This document shows positions 24,801 through 37,531 of a stretch of 64,000 bases of DNA, piece by piece. The position numbers and the translations under genes were made by a program. The notes under the pieces were generated by a model. That model was not told where the DNA came from, ran no database searches, and saw only the letters and a program-made list of their open reading frames with translations. The stretch's first letter is position 1. Each line of letters begins with the position of its first letter. This DNA is from Nemertoderma westbladi (Eukaryota > Animalia > Xenacoelomorpha). The DNA is taken from contig JAUCBJ010006873.1 in assembly GCA_032718475.1 (NCBI GenBank), positions 32,039 through 96,038 on the forward strand, in the 5' to 3' direction.

Positions 24801-27279
24801 TGCACCTGGCGTTCCATCTACAGCCAGTGTCGCCTCGCATGGATCCAACCTGCACCTTGCGTTCCATCTGCAGCCAGTGTCCCCTCGCATGGATCCAACC
24901 TGCACCTGGCGTTCCATCTGCAGCCAGTGTCCCCTCGCATGGATCCGACCTGCACCTGATGTTCCATCTGCAGCCAATGTCCCCTCGCATGGATCCGACC
25001 TGCACCTGGCGTTCCATCTGCAGCCAATGTCCCCTCGCATGGATCCAACCTGCACCTGGCGTTCCATTTGCAGCCAGTGTCCCCTCGCATGGATCCAACC
25101 TGCACCTGGCGTTCCATCTGCAGCCAATGTCACTTCGCATGGATCCGACTTGCACCTGGCGTTCCATCATCAGCCAGTGTCCCCTCGCATGGATCCGACC
25201 TGCACCTGGCGTTCCATCTGCAGCCAATGTCCCCTCGCATGTATCCGACCTGCACGTGGCGTTCCATCTGCAGCCAATGTCACCTCGCATGGATCCGACC
25301 TGCACCTGGCGTTCCATCTGCAGCCAATGTCACCTCGCATGGATCCGACTTGCACCTGGCGTTCCATCATCAGCCAGTGTCCCCTCGCATGGATGCGACC
25401 TGCACCTGGCGTTCCATCTGCAGCCAATGTCCCCTCGCATGGATCCAACCTACACCTGGCGTTCCATCTGCAGCCAATGTCCCCTCGCATGGATCCGACC
25501 TGCACCTGGCGTTCCATCTGCAGCCAATGTCACCTCGCATGGATCCGACTTGCACCTGGCGTTCCATCTGCAGCCAATGTCCCCTCGCATTGATCCGACC
25601 TGCACCTGGCGTTCCATCTATAGCCAGTGTCGCCTCGCATGGATCCGACCTGCACCTTGCGTTCCATCTGCAGCAAGTGTCCCCTCGCATGGATCCGACC
25701 TGCACCTGGCGTTCCATCTGCAGCCAATGTCCCCTCGCATGGATCCGACCTGCACCTGGCGTTTCATCTACAGCCAGTGTCGCCTCGCATGGATCCGACC
25801 TGCACCTGGCGCTCCATCTGCAGCCAATGTCCCCTCGCATGGATCCAACCTGCACCTGGCGTTCCATCTACAGCCAGTGTCCCCTCGCATGGATCCAACC
25901 TGCACCTGGCGTTCCATCTGCAGCCAGTGTCCCCTCGCATGGATCCGACCTGCACCTGGCGTTCCATCTGCATCCAATGTCCCCGCGCATGGATCCGTCT
26001 TGCACCTGGCGTTCCATCTGCAGCCAGTGTCCCCTCGCATGGATCCGACCTGCACCTGGCGTTCCATCTACAGCCAGTGTCCCCTCGCATGGATCCGACC
26101 TGCACCTGGCGTTCCATCTACAGCCAGTGTCCCCTCGCATGGATCCGACCTGCACCTGGCGTTCCATCTGGAGCCAATGTCACCTCGCATGGATCCAACC
26201 TGCACCTGGCGTTCCATCTACAGCCAGTGTCCCCTCGCATGGATCCGACCTGCACCTGGCGTTCCATCTACAGCCAGTGTCGCCTCGCATGGATCCAACC
26301 TGCACCTTGCGTTCCATCTGCAGCAAGTGTCCCCTCGCATGGATCCAACCTGCACCTGGCGTTCCATCTGCAGCAGTGTCCCCTCGCATGGATCCGACCT
26401 GCACCTGGCGTTCCATCTGCAGCCAGTGTCCCCTCGCATGGATCCGACCTGCACCTGGCATTCCATCTACAGCCAGTGTCCCCTCGCATGGATCCGACCT
26501 GCACCTGGCGTTCCATCTGGAGCCAATGTCACCTCACATGGATCCAACCTGCACCTGGCGTTCCATCTACAGCCAGTGTCCCCTCGCATGGATCCGACCT
26601 GCACCTGGCGTTCCATCTACAGCCAGTGTCCCCTCGCATGGATCCGACCTGCACCTGGCGTTCCATCTGCAGCCAGTGTCACCTCGCATGGATCCAACCT
26701 GCACCTGGCGTTCCATCTACAGCCAATGTCCCTTCGCATGGATCCGACCTGCACCTGGCGTTCCATCCTCAGCCAGTGTCCCTTCGCATGGATCCGACCT
26801 GCACCTGGCGTTCCATCCTCAGCCAGTGTCCCTTCGCATGGATCCGACCTGCACCTGGCGTTCCATCTGCAGGCACTCCAATTGGACCCGTAGATCCATT
26901 TATTTATTTAATATTTTAATAATTGAATATAGGTCTGTTTACTTATTTATTTATTTTAAAAATTATTGTGCTGTTTTACTATACATATCCGTTGGATATT
27001 ATTAAAGTCTTCAATCATTACGCAAAATCCCCAATGATGTAAGCTGGGTACCAGTCGGATTATTGATCACATTTTTACATTTTCTATATTATACTCCCAA
27101 CTCCCATGCAAGGTTCTGTGAAAAACGGCATATCTGCCGGACTATAAACATAATATTCAATAAATAAACTTTTAGACATACACTTCATCTATAAATAAAG
27201 TATTTATTATGTTATTAATATGTTTATTAATTGTGGATTGCATTAAAACGCCTTCGGCGCAATTAAATTATTATTATTA
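12900..27279 (+). mobile_element. 5'-truncated non-LTR retrotransposon (degraded ORF2 plus 3'UTR) interrupted by a satellite
   Basis: QYGFRKGRST, IDFTKAFDSV, YADDL, YLGV; C-terminal CRLCGGSAEEFSHCSSCP; stop at 26891-26893; 3' hairpin CGCCTTCGGCG, ATTAAA and (TTA)n tail at ~27249-27279. Confidence 0.8.
13998..26872. repeat. 50-bp satellite array, ~258 units, 12.9 kb
   Basis: Unit CCAGTGTCCCCTCGCATGGATCCAACCTGCACCTGGCGTTCCATCTGCAG (BamHI and PstI sites in the consensus); no spacers. Confidence 0.99.
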
Positions 27280-27955
27280 TGAATTACCATAAGGACGATA
27301 ATGCCAGTTATCGGCACAGTTGCTAAGCGAGGGAAGTATCAATCACATCATTATGTATGAATGGTAGACCAGTCTTGATTGATGCCTCCGCGGTTTATAC
27401 CTGCCCCGAGAGTATTGTTGTGAAGTCCGTAAGTGTAATATTACGCAAAATAATACTTTACTAACTAGGCTATGCTTTACTTAACTTTAAAAAACATTAT
27501 ACTAGAAAACTTAAAACTTACCATAATTCATTAGTGAATGATGTCTAGAGAACTCGAATTATAAATGTTCAGTTATAAGTTGTAATACATTAAATTGTAA
27601 TGAACTACACTGAAATGCAATAAACAGATATGCGACTGGGTGTGCGTGAAGGCACACTGTACAATCTATTTTACATAAATTATTAATATATAAGAAAGAT
27701 TGAACAGTTTAAAACTTTCCCTTTATATTGTAAAATGAAAGTGGAAACAAAGATCGTTATCTTGCGATGCAGCGCAGTCAGTACGACAATACAGTGTAAT
27801 AAGTAATTTCAACCTAAATTTAAATAGAATACGAATTCGAACTTTATTGTAGTCCGGTAACCTATTCCTATCGGATTGATGATACCAGAGCTCATTAAAA
27901 TAGCAGCCACAAGTTAAAAATAAATATTGTGAAACGAACCATGATAGCCACTTAC

Positions 27956-29154
27956 CTATTGCCGGCTTTGGATCCACAGGACTCATAACACCTCCATCGG
28001 TACGCAAAACAGCAGCAGTTGCTGTCGCAATCTGAGGGGGCGGAACATTGAACGACACATGTTCGTTATTAATCCGAGGGGGCGGGAGATTGAAGGGCAA
28101 CTCCGCGGGCATCGGGGGAGGCATCCCGGGTATCGGGCCTAGCAGACCCGGTTTAACGCTGTTGGGGATATCGATGGGGGCAAACATCGCCGGGGGGATG
28201 GGCGGGGGCTGGAGGCCCACGAGGATGGGAGGGGCGATGGGGAGTGCGGCTGGGTTACGGGTTCCTTCCGGCGGTTCGGAATCCAGTCGTTCCGGGGAGA
28301 TCCGCTCCAAACCGTCGTAGACGTCGCCGCGACTGGAAGGCCTAGGCGGCGGCGTGTCCGTCTCCAGACGAATCCGGTAGCGCTTCAACATCGGGTCCCA
28401 AACCCGATCGTTAATGTCGTAAGCCGAGTCGTCACGACTACGTCGCCGTTTCTCGAGCTTTTGGAGTCTTTCCACCTCTTCGATGACGAGTTTGCGATCC
28501 CGTTTGAGCATCTCGGCTTCGATTCGGTTTAATTCCCGGAGATGCTGCAACCTCGGGGGGGTTGGAGACCGCGAAGAGGAGCCAGGACGACGCCTGGAAC
28601 GTCTGCGATGCCACCACGGGCTGCGGTCACGTGACCGCCGATTACGGGACCGAGGACTGCGGTCACGTGACCGCCGACTACGGGACCACGGGCTGCGCTC
28701 ACGTGATCGTCGACTGTGGGAACTTCTCTCATTAGAATATCGCCTCTCCCTCCTAGTATGTTGCCCCTCTCTGATATAATTACCATGGCGGTCTCTAGCA
28801 CGTCCTCTCCCCCTGTCCCTCTCACTTCCCCTACTAGGGCTTGGGGAATTTGTTTTGGTTGAGCTTTCGGTTTGATTTTTCGGGGGATCTATAGTTGCAT
28901 TATCCTTAGATACATCTGTAGAGTTGCTGGATAATTTAGGATTCTTACCGGGAGAAGTTTCTTCGTTACTGGTTCCTCTAACTTTCGCGTTTTGTTTACG
29001 CTTTTTATTTTTACTCGCGTTCGTTCGTTTAAATCCACCCGGTTCTTCTATCTCCGTATCATCATCTACTTTCTTTGACTCTTCTGCCTTTTTTGAATGA
29101 GTCATCTCTTGCAGATCGCCGTCTGGGATGCCTGCTTCGTCGTCCTTAGTTGCC
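27956..29154 (-). CDS. Exon 5 of the YLPM1/ZAP3-like gene: RS-rich and Pro-rich region
   Basis: Inside ORF 27723-29105; TTTTCAG acceptor, AG|GTAAG donor; phase 2 in, phase 1 out; RSRDRSP repeats. Confidence 0.85.
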
Positions 29155-29227
29155 CTGAAAACACGTACGAGGTGTCAATCGACCCCCCCATAAAGCGAAA
29201 CAAAACTAATAAACAACATATAAATCA

Positions 29228-29515
29228 CCGGGTTTCGGAGTCTTGACAAAACGACTCCGACGTAAAAAGTAATTTAGACTCCGACTCAGACAAAACATTT
29301 TACCAAAAACATTCTTCAAAAATTGAAAAAATAGGCTCACGTAATAACCTGGTCAAATTGAAACAATCGTGTTAAAGTTCATTGAAGAAACCATAATTTT
29401 TGGTTTATGAGGTAAAAATGTTTAATGACTGAAACAACAGTAAACTGACGATAAAATAATGGTAAATTTTGGAGTTAGTCCTCTGGAAATATTATGACTC
29501 CGACTCCGGAACTCC
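29228..29515. mobile_element. hAT-like MITE remnant
   Basis: GGGTTTCGGAGTC start, several GACTCCGAC motifs, GACTCCGACTCCGGAAC end. Confidence 0.55.
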
Positions 29516-29990
29516 GTTATATGATACAAATATTTGATTCAGCGGATTGCCAAATTAAATAACGGTATATAATTAAATATATATATTAGTTTTCAAATTA
29601 ATTCATGATTTGTGAAGTTTAAGTTGAATTGATTAAGTTGAAAACATGTGAAAATATATTTGTGTTATCACAATAATTTATCATTGAATGAAAGAATAAA
29701 CCAATTAACTTTCACTAAATGTATTTTTTTTTATTTACATTTTTATCCTAGATATATTTCAAATATCGTGGGTCCCATCTATCAAACCGGATTAAATGTA
29801 TACGGATTTGGCATAACATTGTCACTTTCAAATTATAACTTTAGTATTCTGCACTAAATGTAGTTACAATATAAAAAGGGACAAACAACTAAAATAACAC
29901 AATATGAATATACCAAAGTTATCTGTACAAACAGAAGATGAAAGTGACGCATAAATAATAATAAATATAAAGATATGATAACAGCCTCAC

Positions 29991-30910
29991 CTGGACTGAT
30001 TTAATGATTGTATCTTTTTTGCCTCTCCAATATTCTTCGATTTTTCAGCTATCATACTATAAACACGCACCATGCGCTCTTCTAAAGCCGCATCATTAAC
30101 TGCGTTGATCTTTAGATATTCCTTGGGAGTTGCTGCAGTCACAGGATTACTATCTTGATCCCCGCTTTTACTTTCCTTGGTATTACCACTACCACCAGGC
30201 AATGTAACCTCAGCCAGATTCACTACTGAATCGAGGTTAACGGCGTCAATAATATTACCAGAATCGCCCGTAACAATGTCACTATCTGCTATATTGGCCT
30301 CATTAGGTGGGACATTGTCCGTAACTTTATGTGCTTTAATATCTCCATCAGGCGTGGCTAACACCCCTTCATCAATGGTACCACCCCCTTCAGCAGTTGT
30401 ACCACCCTCTTCAGCAGTTGTACCACCCCCTTCAGCAGTTGTACCACCCCCTTCAGCAGTGGTACCACCCCCTTCAGCAGTTGTACCACCCCCTTCAGCA
30501 GTGGTACCGCCCCCTTCAGCAGTTGTACAACCCCCTTCAGCAGTGGTACCACCCCCTTCAGCAGTGGTACCACCCTCTTCAGCAGTGATACCACCCCCGT
30601 CAGCAGTTGAACCACCCCCTACTGCAGTGCTACCATCCATAACTACAGTACTACCATCCCCTACTGCAGTTGCACCATCACCCAAAAGTGATTTACTTTC
30701 AGTATTGGCCGCTGACTTTCTAATGTAGGTGGTTTCTGGCCCAGATGGATAGCCCAATGCTTTCAGTTCTACTTTGATGCGTTCTAGAACGACCAAATTA
30801 GTGTCTCTGCGCTCGGTTGTCGAAGCTTTCCAGGACTCCCAAACATTCTTGTATTTATTAAATTCGTCCCTGTTGGGATGACCTTTATGCGATTCTCTCC
30901 AATCGGCAAA
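29991..30910 (-). CDS. Exon 4 of the YLPM1/ZAP3-like gene (FADWRESHKGHPNRDEFNKYKNVWESWK... plus GGGTTAE repeats)
   Basis: TTACTCAATTAG acceptor, CAG|GTGAG donor, 920 bp open, phase 0 to 2. Confidence 0.85.
30375..30680 (-). repeat. 21-bp coding minisatellite (GGGTTAE)n
   Basis: Unit TACCACCCCCTTCAGCAGT(T/G)G on the + strand, in frame within exon 4. Confidence 0.9.
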
Positions 30911-33271
30911 CTAATTGAGTAAATAAAAAAATATCATATATTACTTGATTATGATATTTACTATTTTATTAACATTAACCCATCATTCTCTGTAAACAAA
31001 GTTTTAGTATTTTCCGATAATTGAATATAGTGGAAAAAAATATCTAAAACTAGAAGTAATTATATCTACCAGTATACAACTGAAATACTAATAATAATTT
31101 TCTCAATAAAACAATATAAAGTTTACTGTTTTGATTAGTTATATTGAAATTTAATAGATGTGGCGTGCGTGAAACTTTTGAGATGTGATGCTCTGTAAAT
31201 CGGGTATATACTTACGGGTTGGCGTTTTAGGAGAGATTTCCTGTCAGGTAAACTACCATTAAACTCAACGAACACGGATGAACATTGGAGAGGTAAAAAT
31301 TGCAACCCTCAACATGGTAGACTATTTATACTAAATAGAAGGATCAGGTTACCAAGGCCAACTTAGTGCTTTTAAGGGAACTACACTAACTATGTCAGTA
31401 TGAATTATAAATCTTCGATATTGTACACTTCAATGCAATATATACAACTACAACCTTAAAAAAATTGAGTTTGAAAACAAGTATGAAATAAAAAAAACCT
31501 GTAGGGTAGACATTAATTAATAGGGCGTAGATTATAAAAATATATAGAACCATACGATCGTACAAGATAATGTGTAGGCCTATTTATATTCATGCAGAAC
31601 TAATATTTGTTATTTAATTATATACTGCACGCAATAATATATATCACCACAAATTTATTCACAATTAAACTAGGCCTACCTTATTGAAAATACTATATAA
31701 TACAGGAAATTACACAAATTACGCAAAACTAGCGGTATGTTGGTAAGGCTTCCTTTGACTAGGGTTGATGCATGTCAGGTCAAGTTAGGTCAGATTGAAT
31801 TATATTCAAAGAAGTAGGCTATTAAGTACCCCCCCCCCCCCCCCCCCCCGGTATGGTACAGGCTATGAAGGTGAACGAATTCAATTACATAATTCCGTAC
31901 CTCAACTCTGCTGCTGGTAATAGGGGTGAAGGGGAGGGGGGGGGGGGGGGGGGGTGTTGGTTGTTTCCTGCTACCGACTTATGTTTGGGGAGGGGGGGGG
32001 GTCGTTTTGTAAAGTTACAGTTATAAAATAAGTTTTAGTAAATCGCGTACCGGTATTTATTTAACATTGAAATTTATCTCTTACCAACAAACAAAACCGA
32101 TATACCTTAGTTGTTTGTAATAACTGATTTATACCGTAAATGTTGCCATGCAACCATTACAAAATCATCAAAATACAATAAATAAACAAATATCAACGTT
32201 GACGACGTACATGTAGATGGATTTATTTAATACCAAATTTATAATAATTAATTTTATTATTAAAATAATCAAACACGACATAAACCATTTATAACAAATA
32301 AATATAATTGTATTCAATAAGGTACCGGTAGACGTTTATGCCCACGATGCAGCGATGAAGCGGCCCAACTCCGATTACTAATGTGAAGGTGATCCATCTC
32401 CCCGAAGTCGCTCGTTAGCAAAACGACAGACACACCGACCGTGTACAGTTTAATACAATACAAAACATGCAGTAAAGCAGTGTTTTCTTACACCCCCCCC
32501 CCCCCCCCCCCCCCAACTCCTACTCATTACTGTTAATAGATTTTAGAAGTGTGAGAGTGTTCAACTACACTGTCAGATGGGGGGGCGGGGACGCAAATCC
32601 CAGCTCGGCGAATTAATAGTCTCGTCTCAATGTAAATTTATCACTTAAGGGAAAGGAGCAGGTTACAGTGCCACATGTTATTCCAACCAAAACAATAAAT
32701 AAGTAAATAGACTAGGCTACAGCTAAATTACAGCTACAGGACTAAGCTACAGCTAGGCTGCAGTTAAATTTTGGAAGAAATAAAATAATGTTATTTACGT
32801 CAAATTTCCCCTGTTTGGAGATGGCGGAATTTCGATTACGACGAAAGCCACCCCCCCTCCCCCCTCCCCAGCTCACAGTACTTTACTTTTAAACACTAGT
32901 ATTAACTTCTGCTTGCTGGGGGAGGCAGATAATAATTGCCTATTAGAAACTATCGCGGTAGTTGACATTAAAATCAGGATACGAAACAGTAACATTTTTT
33001 ACATTTGTTTTACGGTACAAATATTAATTATGACATAGAAACGGTGAAAAACTAACCAGCTGATTTTAAGTTACGCAGGAGGGAGTGATGAGTCCAATAA
33101 TTTCAATGAACCGGTTGGGGCCAAATAAAACTGAGATCAAGGTTTAGTGGTAGGCCTACCCACAGTGCTGTGCAGACGTCTATATGGAACATATGTAGTA
33201 ACAGTACGATGTACGCTACTAAAATATGGCAGAAAATCGAAAGAATTATCGATGTATAATAATTGTCTAAC

Positions 33272-33370
33272 CTGTTTCTCCCAGCCATCAAATTCTGAGT
33301 CAAATACTGCCAATTGCTGTTTAGTGGCTTTGGCTTTCTCAAGCAAATCTCGAATCTTTTGCTGTGTAGT
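33272..33370 (-). CDS. Exon 3 of the YLPM1/ZAP3-like gene (TTQQKIRDLLEKAKATKQQLAVFDSEFDGWEKQ)
   Basis: TTTCTTTCAG acceptor, CAG|GTTAG donor, 99 bp, phase 0-0; joins exon 4 to complete the W-F-W-HP motif. Confidence 0.82.
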
Positions 33371-33979
33371 CTGAAAGAAATGAAACGCCTGATGCACATC
33401 TATGAACTAATCTATGGGTTGTCTGGGTAGTGGGTAGTAATTAAAAACTCAATGCTATCAGAATAATCGCTAAGCTTTGCCAGCTTAGCTTATAAACTCT
33501 TTGCTAAGAAGCTAACTAAAAAGTTACTTGTGTTGTATAATAATATGAAATATTCTTAGGTGACTAAATAAATAGTCAAGGCATTCAAACAGTGTAACAT
33601 TAATTAGCCCTGTTAGTATTAGCAGCGAAGTGGTTAAGTGGCATTGAATGTACAGCTGCAATAATGTGAATGTGATGTTATCGTACTCTTGAGATATAAT
33701 GTCCTATACAAAATAAACTCACTGTTAATATTAACTTCATCAAGTCATATTAGCATTCTGGAATAAAGTATTTGTGTCTAAAATATTTCATAACCAAAAA
33801 ATATTGTATGAAGATGACTTCATCGTGAAAAAATCACGGTGCCAGTCAGACAGTAGATCTTGATCTTCCTATGCTGCAAGTAGTGCAATTGTTGTGAATA
33901 TTATTACTCGGGAATAATTTTTTCCGGTAAAGGATTACTAGTACTACTATAATCGGTCTGCTGCATTGAAACTGCACTG

Positions 33980-34385
33980 TAATGCTATGCCGGCTTAACA
34001 ACAAATATTTTGTCACCATCACGCAATCCACAATTGGCAAGCCCAATGCAGCGTGCATTAAGAATGCTATGCCGGCTTATCAACAAAGTTGCACCGCCAC
34101 AACTCCCTATCACCCATGACTTTCGCGAGATTATCCGCATCTTCAAGGCCAATGTCCTTTAGGAGACGTCTCACGAGAGTCATGGGCTGTCCACCATTCT
34201 TATTTTCTCCATGGGGCTACCAAAGCACAAAATTGTGTACAGGCTAGACTGGTCCCTTACGTATTCGAAGGTCCTCACCTGACTTCCGGATCCATGATCC
34301 TAAGTAACAGAAGTCGTCCGCATGCTCAAGCATACCATCCTTTGAGCTTATGCTCATCCGATCAGAGATTTGCTGAGGATTCCAC
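33980..34385 (-). mobile_element. RTE-type LINE family B, internally deleted 3' fragment
   Basis: SDRMSISSKDG.LEH.DDFCYLGSWIRKSG shared with the 54.8-kb copy; 3' part shared with 12090-12260. Confidence 0.8.
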
Positions 34386-34464
34386 TGAAAGTAACATATG
34401 GTACACCCCCCCCCCCCCCCCCCCTCCACCACTTCCAAAGTTCTAAAATACAACACCGATGGAA

Positions 34465-34846
34465 CAGGATTGCCACTCTAGTTCAGTTTTAATTTTCCCT
34501 GACTTTTCCCCGACTCTTTGAAAAAAATTCCCTGCTACAGGTACACAATCATTTTTATAGAATATAGTATAATAGTATATTGGCCGCTTGATTATATTCA
34601 AAACAAAGTTAAGCGATTAGAGTGCAGTGCACCTATATATTTAGTGATGTGAGAAAATGTAATGGCGAGCGATGCGAGCAGAGAAAATTTTACACTTTTT
34701 CACTTATGACACATTTCCTGCATATATCACATTCCCTGACCTCTCCTTGATTTGTCCATATTTACAAGAATTCCCTGACATTTCCCTGACATTTCAACAA
34801 AAAATGAAACTCCCTGACTATTCCAGGTGAGTGCAACGCAACCCTG
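34465..34846. mobile_element. hAT-like MITE (degenerate)
   Basis: CAGGATTGCC...GCAACCCTG termini; repeated subterminal TTCCCTGAC. Confidence 0.6.
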
Positions 34847-34892
34847 TGCAACTTGTATTACAGCTATTTTACTGATTTAAATTAAGGCAGTA

Positions 34893-35737
34893 GGGTAAGA
34901 CGGGGTAAAATGGGACATGGGGTAAAATGGGACATGTCGGGGTAAAATGGGACATGTCGGGGTAAAATGGGACATGCATATTTTTGGCCAATTTTTTTTT
35001 AAAGAACACTTTTAGGTCTGTTTTAATATATTTTTAATTGAGAAACTAAATGTTACATTGTTATATAGCACATATGATGAGATCAAGATCACGCGATGAA
35101 AGCAATTTGTTAAGCGCGTATACACTTTAAAGTTAGGACACTTCCTATCATTCATTTTCTTCGATATTATATGCATTAGAATCGCAATCATCGATTTAGT
35201 GGGTGTAGAACAAGTCCAAATGTCCAAATTCCTGATCGTTTTTGAGTTACACAGATTTGTAGTTTTACCTTGATAGATGTAGATAGATAGGCGTAACTCC
35301 GTAAATAATGCCTAGATGATTTTTCTCTGTGATTGTTGAGTTTTATAGCTTTTATAGCTACTACTGCATTTAGTTATTAGGCCTAGCTCATACTGGTCTT
35401 ACTTAACTACTCATACTCATACTGCTATTTCAACTCATACTGTCATAGGCCCTAATCTTAATCTAACTTCTGAACTTGACTAACTAACACTAACAATGCC
35501 TCATGTCCCACTTTACCCCGGATGTCCCACTTTACCCCACTCGGGGTAAAGTGGGACACTGCGATTTTTTTAAAAATAAACCACCTGAACCAAAGGCTCA
35601 GGGGTTTATTTTGGTACAATCTGATAGCCCAGAGTTCAAATGTACAGAATATGCTTTGATTATATCCATCCAGGAAAATCCCTCTTGCTTTTAGAACCAA
35701 ACATACCAAACTTGTCCCATTTTACCCCGTCTTACCC
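34893..35737. mobile_element. Tc1/mariner (pogo-like) MITE
   Basis: TA|GGGTAAGACGGGGTAAAATGGGACA ... TGTCCCATTTTACCCCGTCTTACCC|TA; internal copies of the TIR motif. Confidence 0.88.
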
Positions 35738-36299
35738 TATATAATAAGGTCAAGAATGAACAAAACAAATCCGAGCTTCGGAGTATTCTGGGGAAGCCAA
35801 TATCACTGTCATCTAAAATTACAGATCACGGATGCCCATTGCACAAGCCGGTTTTAGATTTGGTTACTGTACCTCAGAGTCATCTGTTTGTCTCCAGTGG
35901 GGTGATAATCTATAGCGAATGGCGATGTGTATATTTGTAGCGGGTTAAGTTTAACTGCTTGGGTTATCAAGGCAGAATATTTACTGAGGTAAAAGGTATG
36001 AAGCTGTGAAATCGCGCGTCAAAATGGGCTGGTGAAACTTCCGCTGCATTTGGCAAGATAACTTACTTGGGGCATTATTACAGGGTGAGTGTCTCTCACC
36101 ATTAATCAACAATGAATGCAAGATAAGGGGAGCAGAACTGTCGAGAATTGATTTCACTTCTTCATATTTTATTATATATTTTCTATTGTAGTGGACAAGA
36201 CAAGAAACCGATGAAAATTGTAGCTCACTAACACAAGTAACATGTCCAACGCAGTACAATGCACAAAAAATACATTTATCATAGTAAGACATACGGTAC

Positions 36300-36560
36300 C
36301 TGTGGTGTTGCTACAGGCTGTCGGAAACCACTCCAAGGTTGATTTACTCCAGGAACGTTCATCATAGGGGGCATCACCGGAACTTGTCCCCTCGGCGACG
36401 CCTCGGCCCTAAACCACGTGGGTTCTGGTTGAGGTGGAGGGCCCCAAGGCAGCAGCGGCCCACCGTGTCCGGGATGCATCATGGGTAGACCTGGATGCAT
36501 CAGTGGAGGACCGATATGAGGCGGTCTCATTATAAACCTGGGATCGATTCCCCAATGACC
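36300..36560 (-). CDS. Exon 2 of the YLPM1/ZAP3-like gene (Pro/Met/Gly-rich)
   Basis: TTATTATATAG acceptor, CAG|GTACC donor, 261 bp, phase 0-0; overlaps ORF 36279-36530. Confidence 0.8.
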
Positions 36561-37220
36561 CTATATAATAAGAAAAAATACTTTACCATATTTAATATGA
36601 TGTACCTGCGATAATGGTGAAAGGTGAGTTGAGTAGGGGAGGGGGAGGGGGTTTATGGCAGAATAGTACAGGTACATATCCAATATCCATCCATTAACAT
36701 ATCTCATACCGGTAACTACTGCCCTATACTACTGTACTATTTTAGTACCGGGACCTCTATTTATGAACTTTGAAGGCCTCTAAGCTCTAACATTATATAA
36801 GTACCGGTAATCCTGTGTTTAAAATTTTTCCAAACATGCTAATTTTGTACCTGAAATGATTTCGGATTTCTAGGGAAAAATTTGCTACCAACAGCCACAG
36901 ACCGATGTTTAATATGTTACCTGATAGCCTATGGCCTATCGATATATGGCAGTATGGGCATACTACTATGAATCAATTTCAATTAGGCGTACCGGTACCT
37001 GATTACCGGCCAGTTGAAAATGGAGTGCAAAAATCTAAAAAAAAAATTTTAATTACATTTCAAATTTTTTTACTACCGGTACCGGTACCGCACTAGGCCA
37101 TGCAGTAGGCCTATATGCTATCAAAATAATATATAATAGGCCTAGCATATATCAGTATATAACTGTATAATAATATATAGGCCTAGCTACTGAGCTACTG
37201 CAATACACAATAACACTTAC

Positions 37221-37286
37221 CAAGGGGCCGGGAGGAATAGGCCCACCCATCATTGGATCTTCCATCCACTCCATTCGCGGATTCAT
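37221..37286 (-). CDS. First coding exon of the YLPM1/ZAP3-like gene (MNPRMEWMEDPMMGGPIPPGPL)
   Basis: ATG at 37286, TTG|GTAAGT donor in phase 0; CCAAT motifs at ~37588 and ~37640. Confidence 0.75.
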
Positions 37287-37531
37287 TTGACACTGTTATT
37301 CTTTGTCAGTTCGCTTGTTACAGCTGTCAGGCTGTACAGGGTTAGCAATCTGGTAATTGTGTGGATTAGTATAGTAAGTTCTAAGTTCAGAAGTTGTAAC
37401 CGATAGGCCTATCGAGGTACCGTATGGCTGTATGGTACCTGACGGTACCTGGGTATAGTCTACAGGTCTAGTCCTAGTCTGATTCTGATAGTGCTCACAC
37501 TGACAAGAAAGGCCTACTACATGAGGTAGAA

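Noticed and set aside
13998-26872. CRISPR-like array
   Set aside because: Head-to-tail units with no unique spacers, no cas genes, eukaryotic context
13711-27005. Very long ORFs (up to 3052 aa) in the 50-bp array
   Set aside because: Open in nearly all frames on both strands because the unit lacks stops; 50 is not a multiple of 3 and indels are tolerated
30177-30728. Extensin-like + strand ORF
   Set aside because: Antisense to exon 4, which has proper splice sites
31828-32000. Long poly-C/poly-G runs as a distinct system
   Set aside because: Similar runs elsewhere in the window mostly lie in MITE subtermini, and homopolymer lengths are unreliable
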